Shown: positions 10,129 through 21,230, numbered from the stretch's first letter. The stretch is 64,000 nucleotides of DNA from an uncultured Microbacterium sp. (GCF_963524805.1 NZ_CAURGG010000009.1:84154-148153), one strand, 5' to 3'. Notes: a model not told the origin generated them from the letters alone. A program made the numbers and translations.

Positions 10129-10923
10129 ATGGCCACCACACCCCCGGGCTGGTACGACGACGAGCGCGGCGCGCTGCGCTGGTGGGACGGCGCGCAGTGG
10201 ACCGAGCACGTGCAGACTCCGGATGCCGAGTCTGCCCCCGGCGACGCGCCGGCCGCGCCGGTGGCCGGGTCGCCGGCCTCCGCTGTGCCCGACGAGCTCG
10301 CGTCCTCGGGTGATCACGTGCCCTCCGCGCCCCCGGGGTACCCCGGCGGCTTCCCGGGAGGGTCGGCACCCTCGGGAGCGTTCATCGCGGCGACAGAGCC
10401 GAAGAAGTCGAAGCTGTGGATCCTGTGGGTGGTGCTGGGTGTCGCCCTGATCGGCCTCGTGGTGCTCGCCACGGTGCTCATCCCCGTGCTGATCGGCGTG
10501 TTCGGCGGCGCGGCGGGCGGCGGCAGCAGTTCAGGCGCGAACGGCGACGACGAGGCTGCGGCCGTGGCGGCCGTGCAGCTGTACGACGACGCGTGGGCGA
10601 CCGGAGACTGCGAGAAGTTCGAGGCCGCGACGACGCAGAGCTTCCGCGAGGCCTCGGAGATCCCGGATTGCGCGTCGTTCACAGCGGCGTCGCAGGGCTT
10701 CGTCGACTCGGTCGAGGATTACGAGCTCACCGTCGTGTCGGTGGAGTCGGAGACGGACGAGCAGATCACCGTGACGACCGCCGAGACCTATCTGAGCAGG
10801 TACGACGAGGACGGCAACCCGACGGACGAGGCGCTGCCCTTCCAGGATGACATCGTGTACGTCCTGGTGCCGTCCGACGACGGCTGGGCGATCGACTCGG
10901 CGGCCAACCAGGCCGCGGGCTGA
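10129..10923 (+). CDS. DUF2510-domain membrane protein
   Basis: PPGWYDD..G.LRWWDGAQWT, Pro-rich linker, one TM helix, acidic external domain. Confidence 0.8.
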   Translation: MATTPPGWYDDERGALRWWDGAQWTEHVQTPDAESAPGDAPAAPVAGSPASAVPDELASSGDHVPSAPPGYPGGFPGGSAPSGAFIAATEPKKSKLWILWVVLGVALIGLVVLATVLIPVLIGVFGGAAGGGSSSGANGDDEAAAVAAVQLYDDAWATGDCEKFEAATTQSFREASEIPDCASFTAASQGFVDSVEDYELTVVSVESETDEQITVTTAETYLSRYDEDGNPTDEALPFQDDIVYVLVPSDDGWAIDSAANQAAG

Positions 10924-10929
10924 GGAGCC

Positions 10930-12210
10930 TCAGGCTTCGGCGATACCGGCGTCGGGCGTCTGACCGGCCGGCCGCCGCAGGGGTGTCACCGATCCCTCCA
11001 GCGCGGCAGGGTCGATTCCGAAGACGGCGGCCAGCCCGGCTTCGAAGTTCGCGACGCGTCCACCGGCCGCGAGCTCGCGCGCGCGCTGCGTCGGGTCGTG
11101 CAGCAGCGCGCCCGCGAAGTGGCGCAGCGCCTCGGCGACGGCGGCCGACTGTTCGGCGGGGACCGATTTCGAGGCGAGCCGGGTCAGCTCGCTGTCGAGC
11201 GCATCGAACACGTGGCGGCGCAGCGCGACGATCGCCGGCGCCGCGATCTGCTCGGCCGCGAAGGCTCCGGCGGCCGAGGAGACCAGCACGCGTGCCGTCG
11301 CGTCGGGGGCGAGCATCGGCAGGCGGGCGTGCGTGGCGATCAGCTCGAGATCCATCAGCTCGACGCCCGGCAGTCGGCCGACGGCAGGGTCGACGTTGCG
11401 AGGAAGCCCCAGGTCGATGATGGTCCGGCGCGCGTCGTCGGGAACGTCCTCGACGGTGACGGAATACGTGTTCGTGCACGTGATCACGACCTCGGCCGAG
11501 GCGACGGCATCCCGCAGATCGTGCTCGGCGCGCACGCCGTACTTCTCTGCGAACCGCTCGGCGCGACCCGTGAGCGAGTAGACGGCCAGCTGCGAGACGC
11601 CCAGGGTGCGCAGGGCCGCAACGGTCGTGGCGGCATAGTTGCCCGTGCCGACGATCAGCGCGCGGGTCTGGCGCCAGTCGGTCACCCGGGTGCCGGCGAG
11701 CTGCAGCGCGAACTGCACGAGGGATCTGCCGGCCTTGCCCAGCGAGGTGGCGGCGCGCACGTCGCGCGAGACCTTGGCGGCCCGCTGGAACGCGGTGTCC
11801 AGCTCCGGAGTGGTCGTGTGGGCGCTGCGGGCCGTCTCATACGCGCGCCGCACCTGGCCGGCGATCTCCTCTTCGCCCACGGCCAGGGACTCCAGCCCCG
11901 AGGTCACCGCGAACAGGTGGTGCAGGGCGGGAGCCCCCACCATCACCTCAGCGCGCTCTCGCAGGGTGTCGTGCGCGAGCCCGGCCGCTCCTGCGAGGCC
12001 CCGCAGCGTGCTCTCTGCGATGCTGGTGTCGGCGCCGGAGGCGACATCGAGATACGCCTCCACGCGATTGCACGTCGAGACCAGCACCGCCCCGCGCGCG
12101 CGGCCATCCTCTGTCAGGGTGGTCGCCGAGGAAGCCGTCACGGCCTCCGAGAGGCGACCGAGCAGATCGAAGTCCGCCGTCCGGTGGGACACGGAGACGC
12201 AGAGCAGCAC
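10930..12210 (-). CDS. hemA: Glutamyl-tRNA reductase
   Basis: SHRTA, VSTCNRVEAY, HLFAVTSGLESLAVGEEEIAGQV, IDLGLPRNVD; GTG start 6 nt after TACCAT. Confidence 0.93.
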   Translation of the reverse strand: MLLCVSVSHRTADFDLLGRLSEAVTASSATTLTEDGRARGAVLVSTCNRVEAYLDVASGADTSIAESTLRGLAGAAGLAHDTLRERAEVMVGAPALHHLFAVTSGLESLAVGEEEIAGQVRRAYETARSAHTTTPELDTAFQRAAKVSRDVRAATSLGKAGRSLVQFALQLAGTRVTDWRQTRALIVGTGNYAATTVAALRTLGVSQLAVYSLTGRAERFAEKYGVRAEHDLRDAVASAEVVITCTNTYSVTVEDVPDDARRTIIDLGLPRNVDPAVGRLPGVELMDLELIATHARLPMLAPDATARVLVSSAAGAFAAEQIAAPAIVALRRHVFDALDSELTRLASKSVPAEQSAAVAEALRHFAGALLHDPTQRARELAAGGRVANFEAGLAAVFGIDPAALEGSVTPLRRPAGQTPDAGIAEA

Positions 12211-12323
12211 CCCTCCATGGTACGTAACCATGGCTGAGCAGTGGTCCCGCGTGACGCATGGGCCGGAGCGAGCACGCGGGGCGCGGGCCTTCGGCATCGC
12301 CGGGCGGTGGGACAATGGTCCAT

Positions 12324-13400
12324 ATGTCTTCCCCCGCATCGCACCCGCTCGGTGACGGTCGGACCGCCGAGTCTCCGCTGATCCGAGCACTGCGCGGCGA
12401 CCGTCCGGAACGGACCCCCGTCTGGTTCATGCGTCAGGCCGGGCGCAGCCTGCCGGAGTATCGGGAGCTGCGTGTGGGCACCGCGATGCTCGATGCGTGC
12501 CTGAACCCCGAGCTCGCCAGCGAGATCACCCTTCAGCCCGTGCGCCGCCACGGCGTCGATGCCGCGGTCTTCTTCAGCGACATCGTCATCCCCCTCCGGC
12601 TCGCCGGCGTGCCGGTCGAGATCGTCCCCGGGCGCGGTCCCGTGCTCGAGACGCCGATCCGCTCGGCCTCCGACATCCTGCGTCTGCGCCCCATCGATCC
12701 CGACGCCCTGGACCCCATCCGCGAGGGCGTCGCGCGCACGGTCGCCGAACTCGGCAGCACCCCCCTCATCGGGTTCGCGGGTGCGCCGTTCACCCTGGCG
12801 TCGTACCTGGTCGAGGGCGGCCCGTCGAAGGATCAGCTGCGCGCGCGCAGCCTCATGGTGTCCGATCCCCACGCCTGGGCGCAGCTGCTGAACTGGTGCG
12901 CCGACGTGTCCGGGGCGTTCCTGCGCGCCCAGGTCGAGGCCGGCGCCAGTGCGGTGCAGCTGTTCGACTCGTGGGTCGGGTCGCTGTCGCGCCACGACTA
13001 CCAGCGCCGGGTGGCTCCGCACTCGCGGCGGACGCTCTCCGCCCTGCGCGGTCTGGACATGCCGGTCATCCACTTCGGCGTCGGCAGTGGCGAAGTTCTC
13101 GATCTGATGGCGGGCATCGGGGCGGACGCGGTCGGCGTGGACTGGCGGCTTCCGCTCGATGAGGCGTCGCGCCGGCTGGGCGGCGACGTCGTGCTCCAGG
13201 GCAACATCGACCCCGCCTGGCTGGGAGCGCCGTGGGACAAACTCGAGGCCCATGTGCTGGATGTCCTCGAGCGGGGAAAGGCCGCCCCGGCACACGTGGT
13301 GAATCTCGGTCACGGTGTGCCGCCCGAGACCGACCCCGACGTGCTGACGCGCATCGTCCGCCTGGTGCATGACGCGTCGATGGGCGAGCGCGCGGTCTGA
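12324..13400 (+). CDS. hemE: Uroporphyrinogen decarboxylase
   Basis: PVWFMRQAGRSLPEY, FSDI, GFAGAPFTLASY, QGNIDP, NLGHG. Confidence 0.96.
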   Translation: MSSPASHPLGDGRTAESPLIRALRGDRPERTPVWFMRQAGRSLPEYRELRVGTAMLDACLNPELASEITLQPVRRHGVDAAVFFSDIVIPLRLAGVPVEIVPGRGPVLETPIRSASDILRLRPIDPDALDPIREGVARTVAELGSTPLIGFAGAPFTLASYLVEGGPSKDQLRARSLMVSDPHAWAQLLNWCADVSGAFLRAQVEAGASAVQLFDSWVGSLSRHDYQRRVAPHSRRTLSALRGLDMPVIHFGVGSGEVLDLMAGIGADAVGVDWRLPLDEASRRLGGDVVLQGNIDPAWLGAPWDKLEAHVLDVLERGKAAPAHVVNLGHGVPPETDPDVLTRIVRLVHDASMGERAV

Positions 13401-13411
13401 TCGGCCGACCC

Positions 13412-14749
13412 ATGCCTCTGCTGCCCGACGGCTCCTTCGCACCCGCCTCATCCCGCCCGCGGGTGCTGGTGGTCGGCGGCGGCGCGGCGGGCCTCGTGAT
13501 CGCGCGAGATCTGGCGCGCGCGGGCGTCGCCGTGACGATCCTCGAGGCATCCGATCGGGTCGGCGGTCAGCTCGCGTCCGCACGAGTCGACGGGCTCGAG
13601 GTCGATACGGCGGCCGAGTCGTTCGCGACGCGCAACGGGACGGTGGCGGCGCTGGCCGCCGAGCTCGGGCTGGGCGAGGACCTGGTGCGGCCGCTCGAGC
13701 GTCCCGCGTGGGTGATCGGCGCCGGAGGGCGCGCACATCCGCTGCCGGCCGCGAGCGTCCTCGGCATCCCCGGCGACCCGCTCGCGCACGATGTCGCGTC
13801 CGCGATCGGTCGCCTTCGCACCTGGCGCGCCGCGCTGGACCGGCTGTCGCCCCTGCGACCCCCCGAGGCGTATCGGTCGCTCGGAGATCTCGTTCGACGT
13901 CGGATGGGCGCGGGAGTGCTCACCGAACTCGTCGCCCCCGTCGTGCGCGGGGTCTACTCGACCACTCCCGACGAGCTGCCGCTCGCGCTTGCCTCTCCGG
14001 GCCTGCCCGACGCGCTGCGCGCGAACCGTTCGCTCGGCGCGGCGGTGCTCACTCTGCGTGCGGCCAGCGCAGCAGGCTCTCAGGTCGCGGGGCTGCGCGG
14101 AGGCGTGCACCGCCTCGCGACAGCCCTGGCGATGGATGCGGCCGCTCATGGGGCGCGGATCATCCTGGGTGCGCGCGTGACCGGCGTGGATGCGACCGGC
14201 GTGACGCTCGCCGACGGAGAGGTTCTGGAGGGGCGGGTCGTCATCGCCGCGGCGTCTGCCGCCGGCCCCGCGCCCCGCACGCGCGCCATCACCGTCGCCG
14301 TCGCCGTCCTCGACGCCCCCGACCTCGATGCCGCGCCGCGCGGGACCGGCGCACTCATCACATCAGGAGCCCCGGGGATCACCGCACGCGCGTTGACGCA
14401 CTCGTCGGCGAAGTGGGCGTGGGTGGCCGATTCGCTGCCGACGGGCCGCCACCTCGTGCGGCTCTCGTACGATGAATTGCCGGATGATCCGGAGGCCACG
14501 GTGGCCGCAGACCTGCGGGCCGTGACGGGCGCCCGGGTCGGCCCCATCCGCGACCTCCACGTGCGCACATGGACGCGGACCCTGCAGGCGGCGCCCGCAC
14601 CGCCCGGCGGGATCGCGGTCGGCGAGGCGGCCGGCACGACCGGACTGGCCGGGATCGTCGCCGCCGCTCGTGCGAGGGCACAGCGGATCATCGGCGAAGC
14701 GGACAGCACAGACGCGAAGGCCGCCCGTTCGGGCGGCACGGAAGGATGA
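13412..14749 (+). CDS. hemY: Coproporphyrinogen/protoporphyrinogen oxidase (HemY/CgoX)
   Basis: GGGAAG FAD motif, EASDRVGG, AESFATR, ALTHSSAKW; position in the hem operon. Confidence 0.85.
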   Translation: MPLLPDGSFAPASSRPRVLVVGGGAAGLVIARDLARAGVAVTILEASDRVGGQLASARVDGLEVDTAAESFATRNGTVAALAAELGLGEDLVRPLERPAWVIGAGGRAHPLPAASVLGIPGDPLAHDVASAIGRLRTWRAALDRLSPLRPPEAYRSLGDLVRRRMGAGVLTELVAPVVRGVYSTTPDELPLALASPGLPDALRANRSLGAAVLTLRAASAAGSQVAGLRGGVHRLATALAMDAAAHGARIILGARVTGVDATGVTLADGEVLEGRVVIAAASAAGPAPRTRAITVAVAVLDAPDLDAAPRGTGALITSGAPGITARALTHSSAKWAWVADSLPTGRHLVRLSYDELPDDPEATVAADLRAVTGARVGPIRDLHVRTWTRTLQAAPAPPGGIAVGEAAGTTGLAGIVAAARARAQRIIGEADSTDAKAARSGGTEG

Positions 14750-14751
14750 GC

Positions 14752-15444
14752 ATGACCAACGAGACCTCCGAGCGGGTCGGCTACGCACTGTGGGCGGTCT
14801 TCGCCCGCCCCGTCGGCCAGCGCGCGGGATCCGACCCCGACAGCACCATGCTCGACACCGCGACGTTCCAGACGGCGGCCGCCGGCCTCGAGGCCTCGGG
14901 CGTGATCCTGCGCGGCATCTACGACGTATCGGGGCTGCGCTCCGACGCGGACATCATGCTCTGGCTCACCGGCGATGACGCGCAGCGTCTGCAGTCAGCG
15001 CTGCGCTCGCTGCGGCGGACCGCGTCGCTCGCGCCGCTCGTTCCGCGCTGGAACGCTCTGGGCGTGCACCGCGATGCGGAGTTCACCCGCGACCACGCGC
15101 CGTCGTTCATGCGCGGCCTGCCGCCCAAGCAGTGGGTGAGCGTCTATCCGTTCGTCCGCAGTCTCGACTGGTACATCCTCCCCGAGGACGAACGCCGCGG
15201 GATGCTGGGCGAGCACGGCCTGAAGGGGCGCGACTTTCCGCAGGTGCAGCCGAACACCGTCGCCGCTTTCGCGCTCGGAGACTACGAGTGGATCCTCGCG
15301 CTCGAGGCCGATGACCCCATCCACCTCGTCGACATGATGCGGCACCTGCGCGCCACCGAGGCGCGGCGCCACGTCCGCGAAGAGGTCCCGTTCTTCACGG
15401 GCCGGCTCATCGGCATCGACGAGCTCGCGGAGGTGCTGTCGTGA
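14752..15444 (+). CDS. hemQ: Coproheme decarboxylase (HemQ/ChdC)
   Basis: RGIYDVSGLRSDAD, AEF...H.P, YPFVRS.DWY, FALGDYEW, REEVPFFTG; alternative start at 14746. Confidence 0.92.
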   Translation: MTNETSERVGYALWAVFARPVGQRAGSDPDSTMLDTATFQTAAAGLEASGVILRGIYDVSGLRSDADIMLWLTGDDAQRLQSALRSLRRTASLAPLVPRWNALGVHRDAEFTRDHAPSFMRGLPPKQWVSVYPFVRSLDWYILPEDERRGMLGEHGLKGRDFPQVQPNTVAAFALGDYEWILALEADDPIHLVDMMRHLRATEARRHVREEVPFFTGRLIGIDELAEVLS

Positions 15445-16622
15445 CCGAGGCGGCTGAGCCGATCCTGGGGGCGAGCGAGGCCGCGGCATCCGGTCAGCCG
15501 CACGTGACGCAGGGAACGCCCTACGACGGCATCCTCCTCGCGGGCTTCGGCGGACCCGAGGGACAGGACGACGTCATCCCGTTCCTGCGCAACGTGACCC
15601 GGGGGCGCGGCATCCCGGACGAGCGGCTCGAAGAGGTGGCCCACCACTACCGCCACTTCGGCGGCATCAGCCCGATCAACGCGCAGAACCGCGCGCTGAA
15701 GGCGGCGATCGAGGCCGAGCTCGCCGCCCGCGGCATCGACCTGCCGGTGTACTGGGGCAATCGCAACTGGGCGCCCTACCTCGAAGAGGCGGTGCAGGAT
15801 GCCGCTGCGGCCGGCGACCGGACGCTGCTGGCGATCGCCACGAGCGCGTACAGCTCGTATTCCAGCTGCCGGCAGTACCGCGAGGACCTCGCCCGCGTCC
15901 TGACCGAGACGGACCTGCTGGGGACGGTCACGATCGACAAGGTCCGCCAGTTCTTCGACCACCCGGGCTTCGTCCACGCGTTCACCGAGGGCGTCACGAA
16001 CGCGGTCCGCGAGCTGATCGCCGACGGGATCGCGCCGGGCCGCATCCGGGTCCTGTTCTCGACCCACAGCATCCCCACCTCCGACGCGCAGCGCTCGGGA
16101 CCGCGGGATCGCGACTTCGGTCCCGGCGGGGCGTACGCCGCCCAGCATGAGGCCGTCGGAGGCTTCGTGATGGACCGCGTGATCGAAGCGGTGCCGGAGG
16201 CCTCCGAGACCGGGTGGGAGCTGGTCTACCAGTCGCGCTCGGGCCCGCCCACGCAGCCGTGGCTCGAGCCGGACGTGTGCGACGTGATCGGCGAACTGCC
16301 CGGCCGCGGCATGGAAGCCGTGATCATCGTGCCGCTCGGCTTCGTCAGCGACCACATGGAAGTGATGTGGGACCTCGACACCGAGGCGATGGAGGCGGCG
16401 CAAGAGGCCGGCATCCGTGCCGTGCGCACGCCGACCCCCGGCGTGGACCCGGCGTTCGTCAGCGGACTGGTCGACCTGGTCGAGGAGCGCCGAAACGGCA
16501 CGCCCGCCGCGGAGCGTCCGCACCTGACCGATCTCGGACCCTGGTTCGACGTCTGCCGCCCGGCATGCTGCGAGAACGTGCGCGCCGGGTTCAAGCCCGC
16601 GGTGTCGGGAGTGGCCCCATGA
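15441..16622 (+). CDS. hemH: Coproporphyrin ferrochelatase
   Basis: FGGPEG..DVIPFL, GGISPIN, YQSRSGP...WLEPD, GFVSDHMEV.WDLD. Confidence 0.95.
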   Translation: MTEAAEPILGASEAAASGQPHVTQGTPYDGILLAGFGGPEGQDDVIPFLRNVTRGRGIPDERLEEVAHHYRHFGGISPINAQNRALKAAIEAELAARGIDLPVYWGNRNWAPYLEEAVQDAAAAGDRTLLAIATSAYSSYSSCRQYREDLARVLTETDLLGTVTIDKVRQFFDHPGFVHAFTEGVTNAVRELIADGIAPGRIRVLFSTHSIPTSDAQRSGPRDRDFGPGGAYAAQHEAVGGFVMDRVIEAVPEASETGWELVYQSRSGPPTQPWLEPDVCDVIGELPGRGMEAVIIVPLGFVSDHMEVMWDLDTEAMEAAQEAGIRAVRTPTPGVDPAFVSGLVDLVEERRNGTPAAERPHLTDLGPWFDVCRPACCENVRAGFKPAVSGVAP

Positions 16623-17566
16623 CGGCCATGTCCGCACCGGGAGCTCCACTGCGGGTCGGCACGCGTGCGAGCGCGCTCGCGGTCGCCCAGACCTCCGCGA
16701 TCGCGGCGCACCTGGGCCCGTACGAACTGGTGACGATCACCTCCGAGGGCGATCGCTCCTCGGCGCCGCTCGCCTCCCTCGGCGGCACCGGCGTGTTCGT
16801 CTCCGCCCTGCGCGACGCGCTGCGGGCCGACCAGGTGGATGTCATCGTGCACTCGATGAAGGACCTGCCGACCGGTCCTGCCGAGGGCATCGTGCTCGCG
16901 GCCGTTCCGGTGCGCGCCGACGCGCGCGACGCCCTGGCCACCCGTGACGGGGTGACGCTGGCCGGGCTCCCGACCGGCGCGCGCGTGGGCACCGGATCGC
17001 CGCGGCGACGCGCGCAGCTGCTCGCCGCACGACCCGACCTGGACGTGGTCGGCATCCGGGGCAATGTCGACACCCGCCTCGGCCGCCTGTTCGACGCCGA
17101 CGAGGACCGCCGGGTCGACGGGCTCGTGCTCGCCGCCGCCGGCCTGGAACGTCTCGGGCGACTGGGCGAGGCATCCGAACTGCTCGATCTGGCGATCTGG
17201 CCGACCGCGCCCGCCCAGGGCGCCCTCGCCCTCGAGGTGCGCGCCGACGCGCCCGCCGCGCTGCGCGCACGGGTCGCCGCCGTCGATGATGCGTCGACGC
17301 ACCTCGCCGCCGCGGCCGAGCGCGGCGTGCTGGCCCGGCTCGAAGCCGGGTGCTCGGCGCCGATCGCCGCCCACGCGACAGTCTCGGCGCGATCGCGCGA
17401 GGGCGCCGCCATCACGCTCACCGCGACGGTCTTCGCGCCCGATGGCCGCAGCGAGCTGACGGTGGTCGAAACCGGCGCCGATCCGCTGGAGGTCGCCGAT
17501 CGCGTCGCCGCCGCGCTGCTCGAGCGCGGAGCCGCCGCCCTGGCGCCGCTGGGAAGCGCGCGATGA
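16619..17566 (+). CDS. hemC: Hydroxymethylbilane synthase
   Basis: GTRASALA, EGD, GVFV, VHSMKDLP, GTGSPRR, RGNVDTRL, AGCSAP. Confidence 0.95.
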   Translation: MTAMSAPGAPLRVGTRASALAVAQTSAIAAHLGPYELVTITSEGDRSSAPLASLGGTGVFVSALRDALRADQVDVIVHSMKDLPTGPAEGIVLAAVPVRADARDALATRDGVTLAGLPTGARVGTGSPRRRAQLLAARPDLDVVGIRGNVDTRLGRLFDADEDRRVDGLVLAAAGLERLGRLGEASELLDLAIWPTAPAQGALALEVRADAPAALRARVAAVDDASTHLAAAAERGVLARLEAGCSAPIAAHATVSARSREGAAITLTATVFAPDGRSELTVVETGADPLEVADRVAAALLERGAAALAPLGSAR

Positions 17567-17585
17567 GCGCCGGAAGGAAACAGCC

Positions 17586-18584
17586 ATGACCACGACGCCC
17601 GTCCCCGACATCCGTCCGCGCCGCACCCGCAGCACCCCCGGGTGGCGGCGGCTGGTGGCGCAGACGCGCCTGCACCCCGCGGAACTGGTGCTGCCCATGT
17701 TCGTGCGCGAGGGCGTGAGCGAGCCCGTGCCGATCGCCTCGATGCCCGGTGTCGTCCAGCACACGCTCGACTCGCTCAAGGGTGCGCTGCAGGATGCGGC
17801 CGAGGCGGGCGTCGGGGGCATCATGCTGTTCGGCGTGCCGGAGCACAAAGACGCGATCGGCTCGGGCGCCGATGACCCCGACGGCATCCTCAACGTCGCG
17901 ACCCGCGTCGCGGCCGCCGAGGTGGGTGACGCGCTGGTCGTGCAGACCGACCTGTGCCTGGACGAGTTCACCGATCACGGCCACTGCGGCGTGCTCGATG
18001 CCGGCGGCCGCGTGGACAACGACGCCAGCCTGGACCGCTACCGCTCGATGGCTCTCGCTCAGGCGTCGGCCGGGTCAGCGCTGCTGGGACTCTCGGGAAT
18101 GATGGACGGGCAGGTGCGCGCGGTGCGCGACGTGCTCGATGCGAACGGCCATCAGGATGCCGCGATCCTCGGCTACGCGGCGAAGTACGCCTCCGCCCTC
18201 TACGGGCCGTTCCGCGAGGCCGTGCAGTCCTCCCTCGAAGGCGACCGCCGCACCTACCAGCTCGATCCGGCGAACGGACGCGAGGGCGTTCGCGAGGCCG
18301 CCATCGACATCGACGAGGGCGCCGACATCGTCATGGTCAAGCCCGCCTCGCTGTACCTGGACGTGCTCTCGCGCGTGGCTGCGGCATCCACCGTCCCGGT
18401 CTGGGCCTACCAGGTCAGCGGCGAGTACTCCATGATCGAGGCGGCCGCCGCGAACGGCTGGATCGATCGTCGCCGGGCGGTGCTCGAATCCCTCGTCTCG
18501 ATCCGCCGTGCCGGTGCCGACGGCATCCTGACCTATTGGGCCGTCGAGGCTGCTCGCCTCATCCGGGAAGGGCACACCGCATGA
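17586..18584 (+). CDS. hemB: Porphobilinogen synthase
   Basis: [49 protein letters not shown]. Confidence 0.96.
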   Translation: MTTTPVPDIRPRRTRSTPGWRRLVAQTRLHPAELVLPMFVREGVSEPVPIASMPGVVQHTLDSLKGALQDAAEAGVGGIMLFGVPEHKDAIGSGADDPDGILNVATRVAAAEVGDALVVQTDLCLDEFTDHGHCGVLDAGGRVDNDASLDRYRSMALAQASAGSALLGLSGMMDGQVRAVRDVLDANGHQDAAILGYAAKYASALYGPFREAVQSSLEGDRRTYQLDPANGREGVREAAIDIDEGADIVMVKPASLYLDVLSRVAAASTVPVWAYQVSGEYSMIEAAAANGWIDRRRAVLESLVSIRRAGADGILTYWAVEAARLIREGHTA

Positions 18585-19918
18585 GCAACGAGACCGAGTT
18601 CGCGCGTGCCCAGGCGGTCATTCCGGGCGGGGTCAACTCGCCCGTGCGCGCGTACCGCTCCGTCGGCGGCACCCCCCGCTTCCTCGTGTCCGCCCGTGGT
18701 CCGTACGTGACCGACGTGGACGGCCGCGAGTACATCGACCTGGTGTGCTCGTGGGGTCCCGCCCTGCTCGGGCACGCACACCCGGACGTCGTGCGCGCTG
18801 TGCAGGATGCCGCCACCCGGGGTCTCTCGTTCGGCGCGACCACCCCGGGCGAGGCCGAACTCGCCGAGCTTCTGCGCGAGCGCACCACCGTGCTGGGCAC
18901 GCGTCAGTTCGATCGCGTGCGGCTGGTCTCCACCGGCACGGAGGCCACGATGACCGCCGTGCGGCTGGCGCGCGGTGCCACCGGCCGCGACCTGATCATC
19001 AAGTTCGCCGGGCACTACCACGGCCACTCCGACGGCCTTCTGGCCGAATCCGGATCGGGCGTCGCCACTCTGGGCCTGCCCGGATCCGCCGGCGTCCCCG
19101 CCGGTGTCGCGGCGCTCACGATCGTGCTGCCCTACAACGACCTGGCTGCGGTCGAAGAGACCTTCGCCGCCCACCCCGGACGGATCGCGGCGGTCATCAC
19201 CGAGGCGGCGGGCGCGAACGCGGGCGTCCTCGTGCCCGACCCCGGCTTCAACCAGGCCCTGTGCGAACTCGCGCACCGTGAGGGCGCGCTGCTGATCGTC
19301 GACGAGGTGCTCACCGGCTTCCGCGTGAATCGGGCCGGATGGTGGGGCCTGGAGGCGGAGCGCGCCGGCGGCGCGCTGTGGACGCCTGATCTGGTCACCT
19401 TCGGCAAGATCGTGGGCGGCGGGCTGCCGCTGGCCGCGGTGGCCGGTCGCGCCGAGATCATGGAGCTGCTCGCCCCGTTGGGGCCGGTCTACCAGGCGGG
19501 CACGCTGAGCGGCAATCCGATCGCCGTCGCGTCCGGCTTGGCGACCCTCCGCGCGGCCGACGAGGGGGTCTACGCACGGATCGTCCACTCCGCGGCCCGA
19601 TTGTCGGGTGCGGTCGAAGACGCCTTCGCGGCCCAGGATCTGCCCGTGGAGGTCTCGCGGGCCGGCAACCTGTTCTCTCTCGCGTTCCGCGCGGGCGCCG
19701 TGCGCGACTACGACGACGCGAAGCACCAGGACGCCTGGCGCTACCGCGCATTCTTCGGATCGATGCTCGCGCAGGGCATCAGTCTGCCCCCCAGCGTGTT
19801 CGAGGCGTGGTTCCTGTCGGCCGCGCACACCGACGTGGAACTGGACCGCATCGTCGCCGCGCTGCCGGCCGCCGTCCGCGCCGCGGCGGACGCCCCGGAG
19901 CCGGAACCGGCAGGATAG
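18581..19918 (+). CDS. hemL: Glutamate-1-semialdehyde 2,1-aminomutase
   Basis: [51 protein letters not shown]. Confidence 0.96.
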   Translation: MSNETEFARAQAVIPGGVNSPVRAYRSVGGTPRFLVSARGPYVTDVDGREYIDLVCSWGPALLGHAHPDVVRAVQDAATRGLSFGATTPGEAELAELLRERTTVLGTRQFDRVRLVSTGTEATMTAVRLARGATGRDLIIKFAGHYHGHSDGLLAESGSGVATLGLPGSAGVPAGVAALTIVLPYNDLAAVEETFAAHPGRIAAVITEAAGANAGVLVPDPGFNQALCELAHREGALLIVDEVLTGFRVNRAGWWGLEAERAGGALWTPDLVTFGKIVGGGLPLAAVAGRAEIMELLAPLGPVYQAGTLSGNPIAVASGLATLRAADEGVYARIVHSAARLSGAVEDAFAAQDLPVEVSRAGNLFSLAFRAGAVRDYDDAKHQDAWRYRAFFGSMLAQGISLPPSVFEAWFLSAAHTDVELDRIVAALPAAVRAAADAPEPEPAG

Positions 19919-19923
19919 GCAGC

Positions 19924-20736
19924 ATGCCCGAGATCGCAGCGCCCGGCACCGAGCCCAGGGGCGCGAAGTACATCCTGACGTGCCTCGGCATCGGACTGCT
20001 CGCCGGGCTCATGTCGGGACTCTTCGGGGTCGGGGGCGGAACGGTGATCGTGCCGCTGCTGGTGCTGATCCTCGCGTACGACCAGCGGCTGGCCGCCGGG
20101 ACCTCGCTTGCGGCCATCGTCCCCACCGCCACGGTCGGGGTGATCTCGTACGCGCTGGCCGACTCGGTGGCGTGGATCCCGGGACTGATCCTGGCCGCCG
20201 GCGCGGTCGTCGGCGCGCAGATCGGCACCTGGCTGCTCCCCAGGGTGTCGCTGATCGCGCTCCGGTGGAGCTTCATCGCCTTCCTCGTCGCGGTGATGGT
20301 GAGCCTGTTCATCGTCGTCCCGTCCCGCGATGCCGGTCTGCCGCTCACGGTCTGGTCGATCGTCGGCCTGGTGGTGCTGGGCCTGGTCACCGGCACCGTG
20401 TCCGGCCTCATCGGGGTCGGTGGCGGCATCATCGTCGTGCCCGCGCTCATGCTGTTCTTCGGAACGAGCGACCTGATCGCGAAGGGCACGTCGCTGCTCA
20501 TGATGATCCCGGCCGCGATCTCGGGCACGGTCGGCAACCTGCGTCGCGGCAACGTCGACCTGCCCGCCGCAGCACTCATCGGAGTGGCGGCGATCACGAC
20601 CACGACCCTCGGCGCGTGGCTGGCCCGACTTCTGGATCCGTTCTGGGCGAATGTGCTGTTCGTGATCTTCCTCGTGTTCATCGCCGTCCAGCTCGCGGTG
20701 CGCACGATCCGCGCCGGCCGCGCCGCTCGCACGTGA
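19924..20736 (+). CDS. TauE/SafE-family permease
   Basis: Two repeats of G..SGL.GVGGG.I.VP...A.GTSL; hydrophobic throughout. Confidence 0.88.
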   Translation: MPEIAAPGTEPRGAKYILTCLGIGLLAGLMSGLFGVGGGTVIVPLLVLILAYDQRLAAGTSLAAIVPTATVGVISYALADSVAWIPGLILAAGAVVGAQIGTWLLPRVSLIALRWSFIAFLVAVMVSLFIVVPSRDAGLPLTVWSIVGLVVLGLVTGTVSGLIGVGGGIIVVPALMLFFGTSDLIAKGTSLLMMIPAAISGTVGNLRRGNVDLPAAALIGVAAITTTTLGAWLARLLDPFWANVLFVIFLVFIAVQLAVRTIRAGRAART

Positions 20737-20780
20737 GCTGCCGCCGTCGGCGCCCGCGACGGCCTCGGTAGGATTGTCCG

Positions 20781-21230
20781 GTGCCAGTCAATCCCGAGCT
20801 CGTGGGACGCGTGTTCCCCCCGACCGCGCCCTACCTCGTCGGCCGTGAGAAGGTGCGGGAGTTCGCGCGCGCCGTCTTCGCCGACGACCCCCAGCATCTC
20901 GATCCCGCCGCCGCGCGGGCACTCGGCTACCCGGATGTGGTGGCTCCGGCGACCTTCGCGATCGTCGTGCAGGAGCAGACCCTGCAGCAGCTGCTCGCCC
21001 AGCCGGATTCCGGCATCGTGCTGCAGAACGTGCTGCACGCCGAGCAGCGCTTCCGGTACACGCGCCCCATCGTGGCCGGCGACGAGCTGACCGGAACGCT
21101 CACCGTCACCGCCGTCCGCGGGATGCGCGGCAGTGCGATGGTCACCAGCGACGCCGAGATCACCGATGCCACGGGCGCGCACGTCGTCACGGCGACCTCC
21201 GTGCTGCTGGTGGGGGAGGGCGAGAAGTGA
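20781..21230 (+). CDS. MaoC-like hotdog dehydratase, HadA-type subunit
   Basis: VGREKVREFARA, DVVAPATF, VLHAEQRFRYTRPIVAGD. Confidence 0.88.
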   Translation: MPVNPELVGRVFPPTAPYLVGREKVREFARAVFADDPQHLDPAAARALGYPDVVAPATFAIVVQEQTLQQLLAQPDSGIVLQNVLHAEQRFRYTRPIVAGDELTGTLTVTAVRGMRGSAMVTSDAEITDATGAHVVTATSVLLVGEGEK

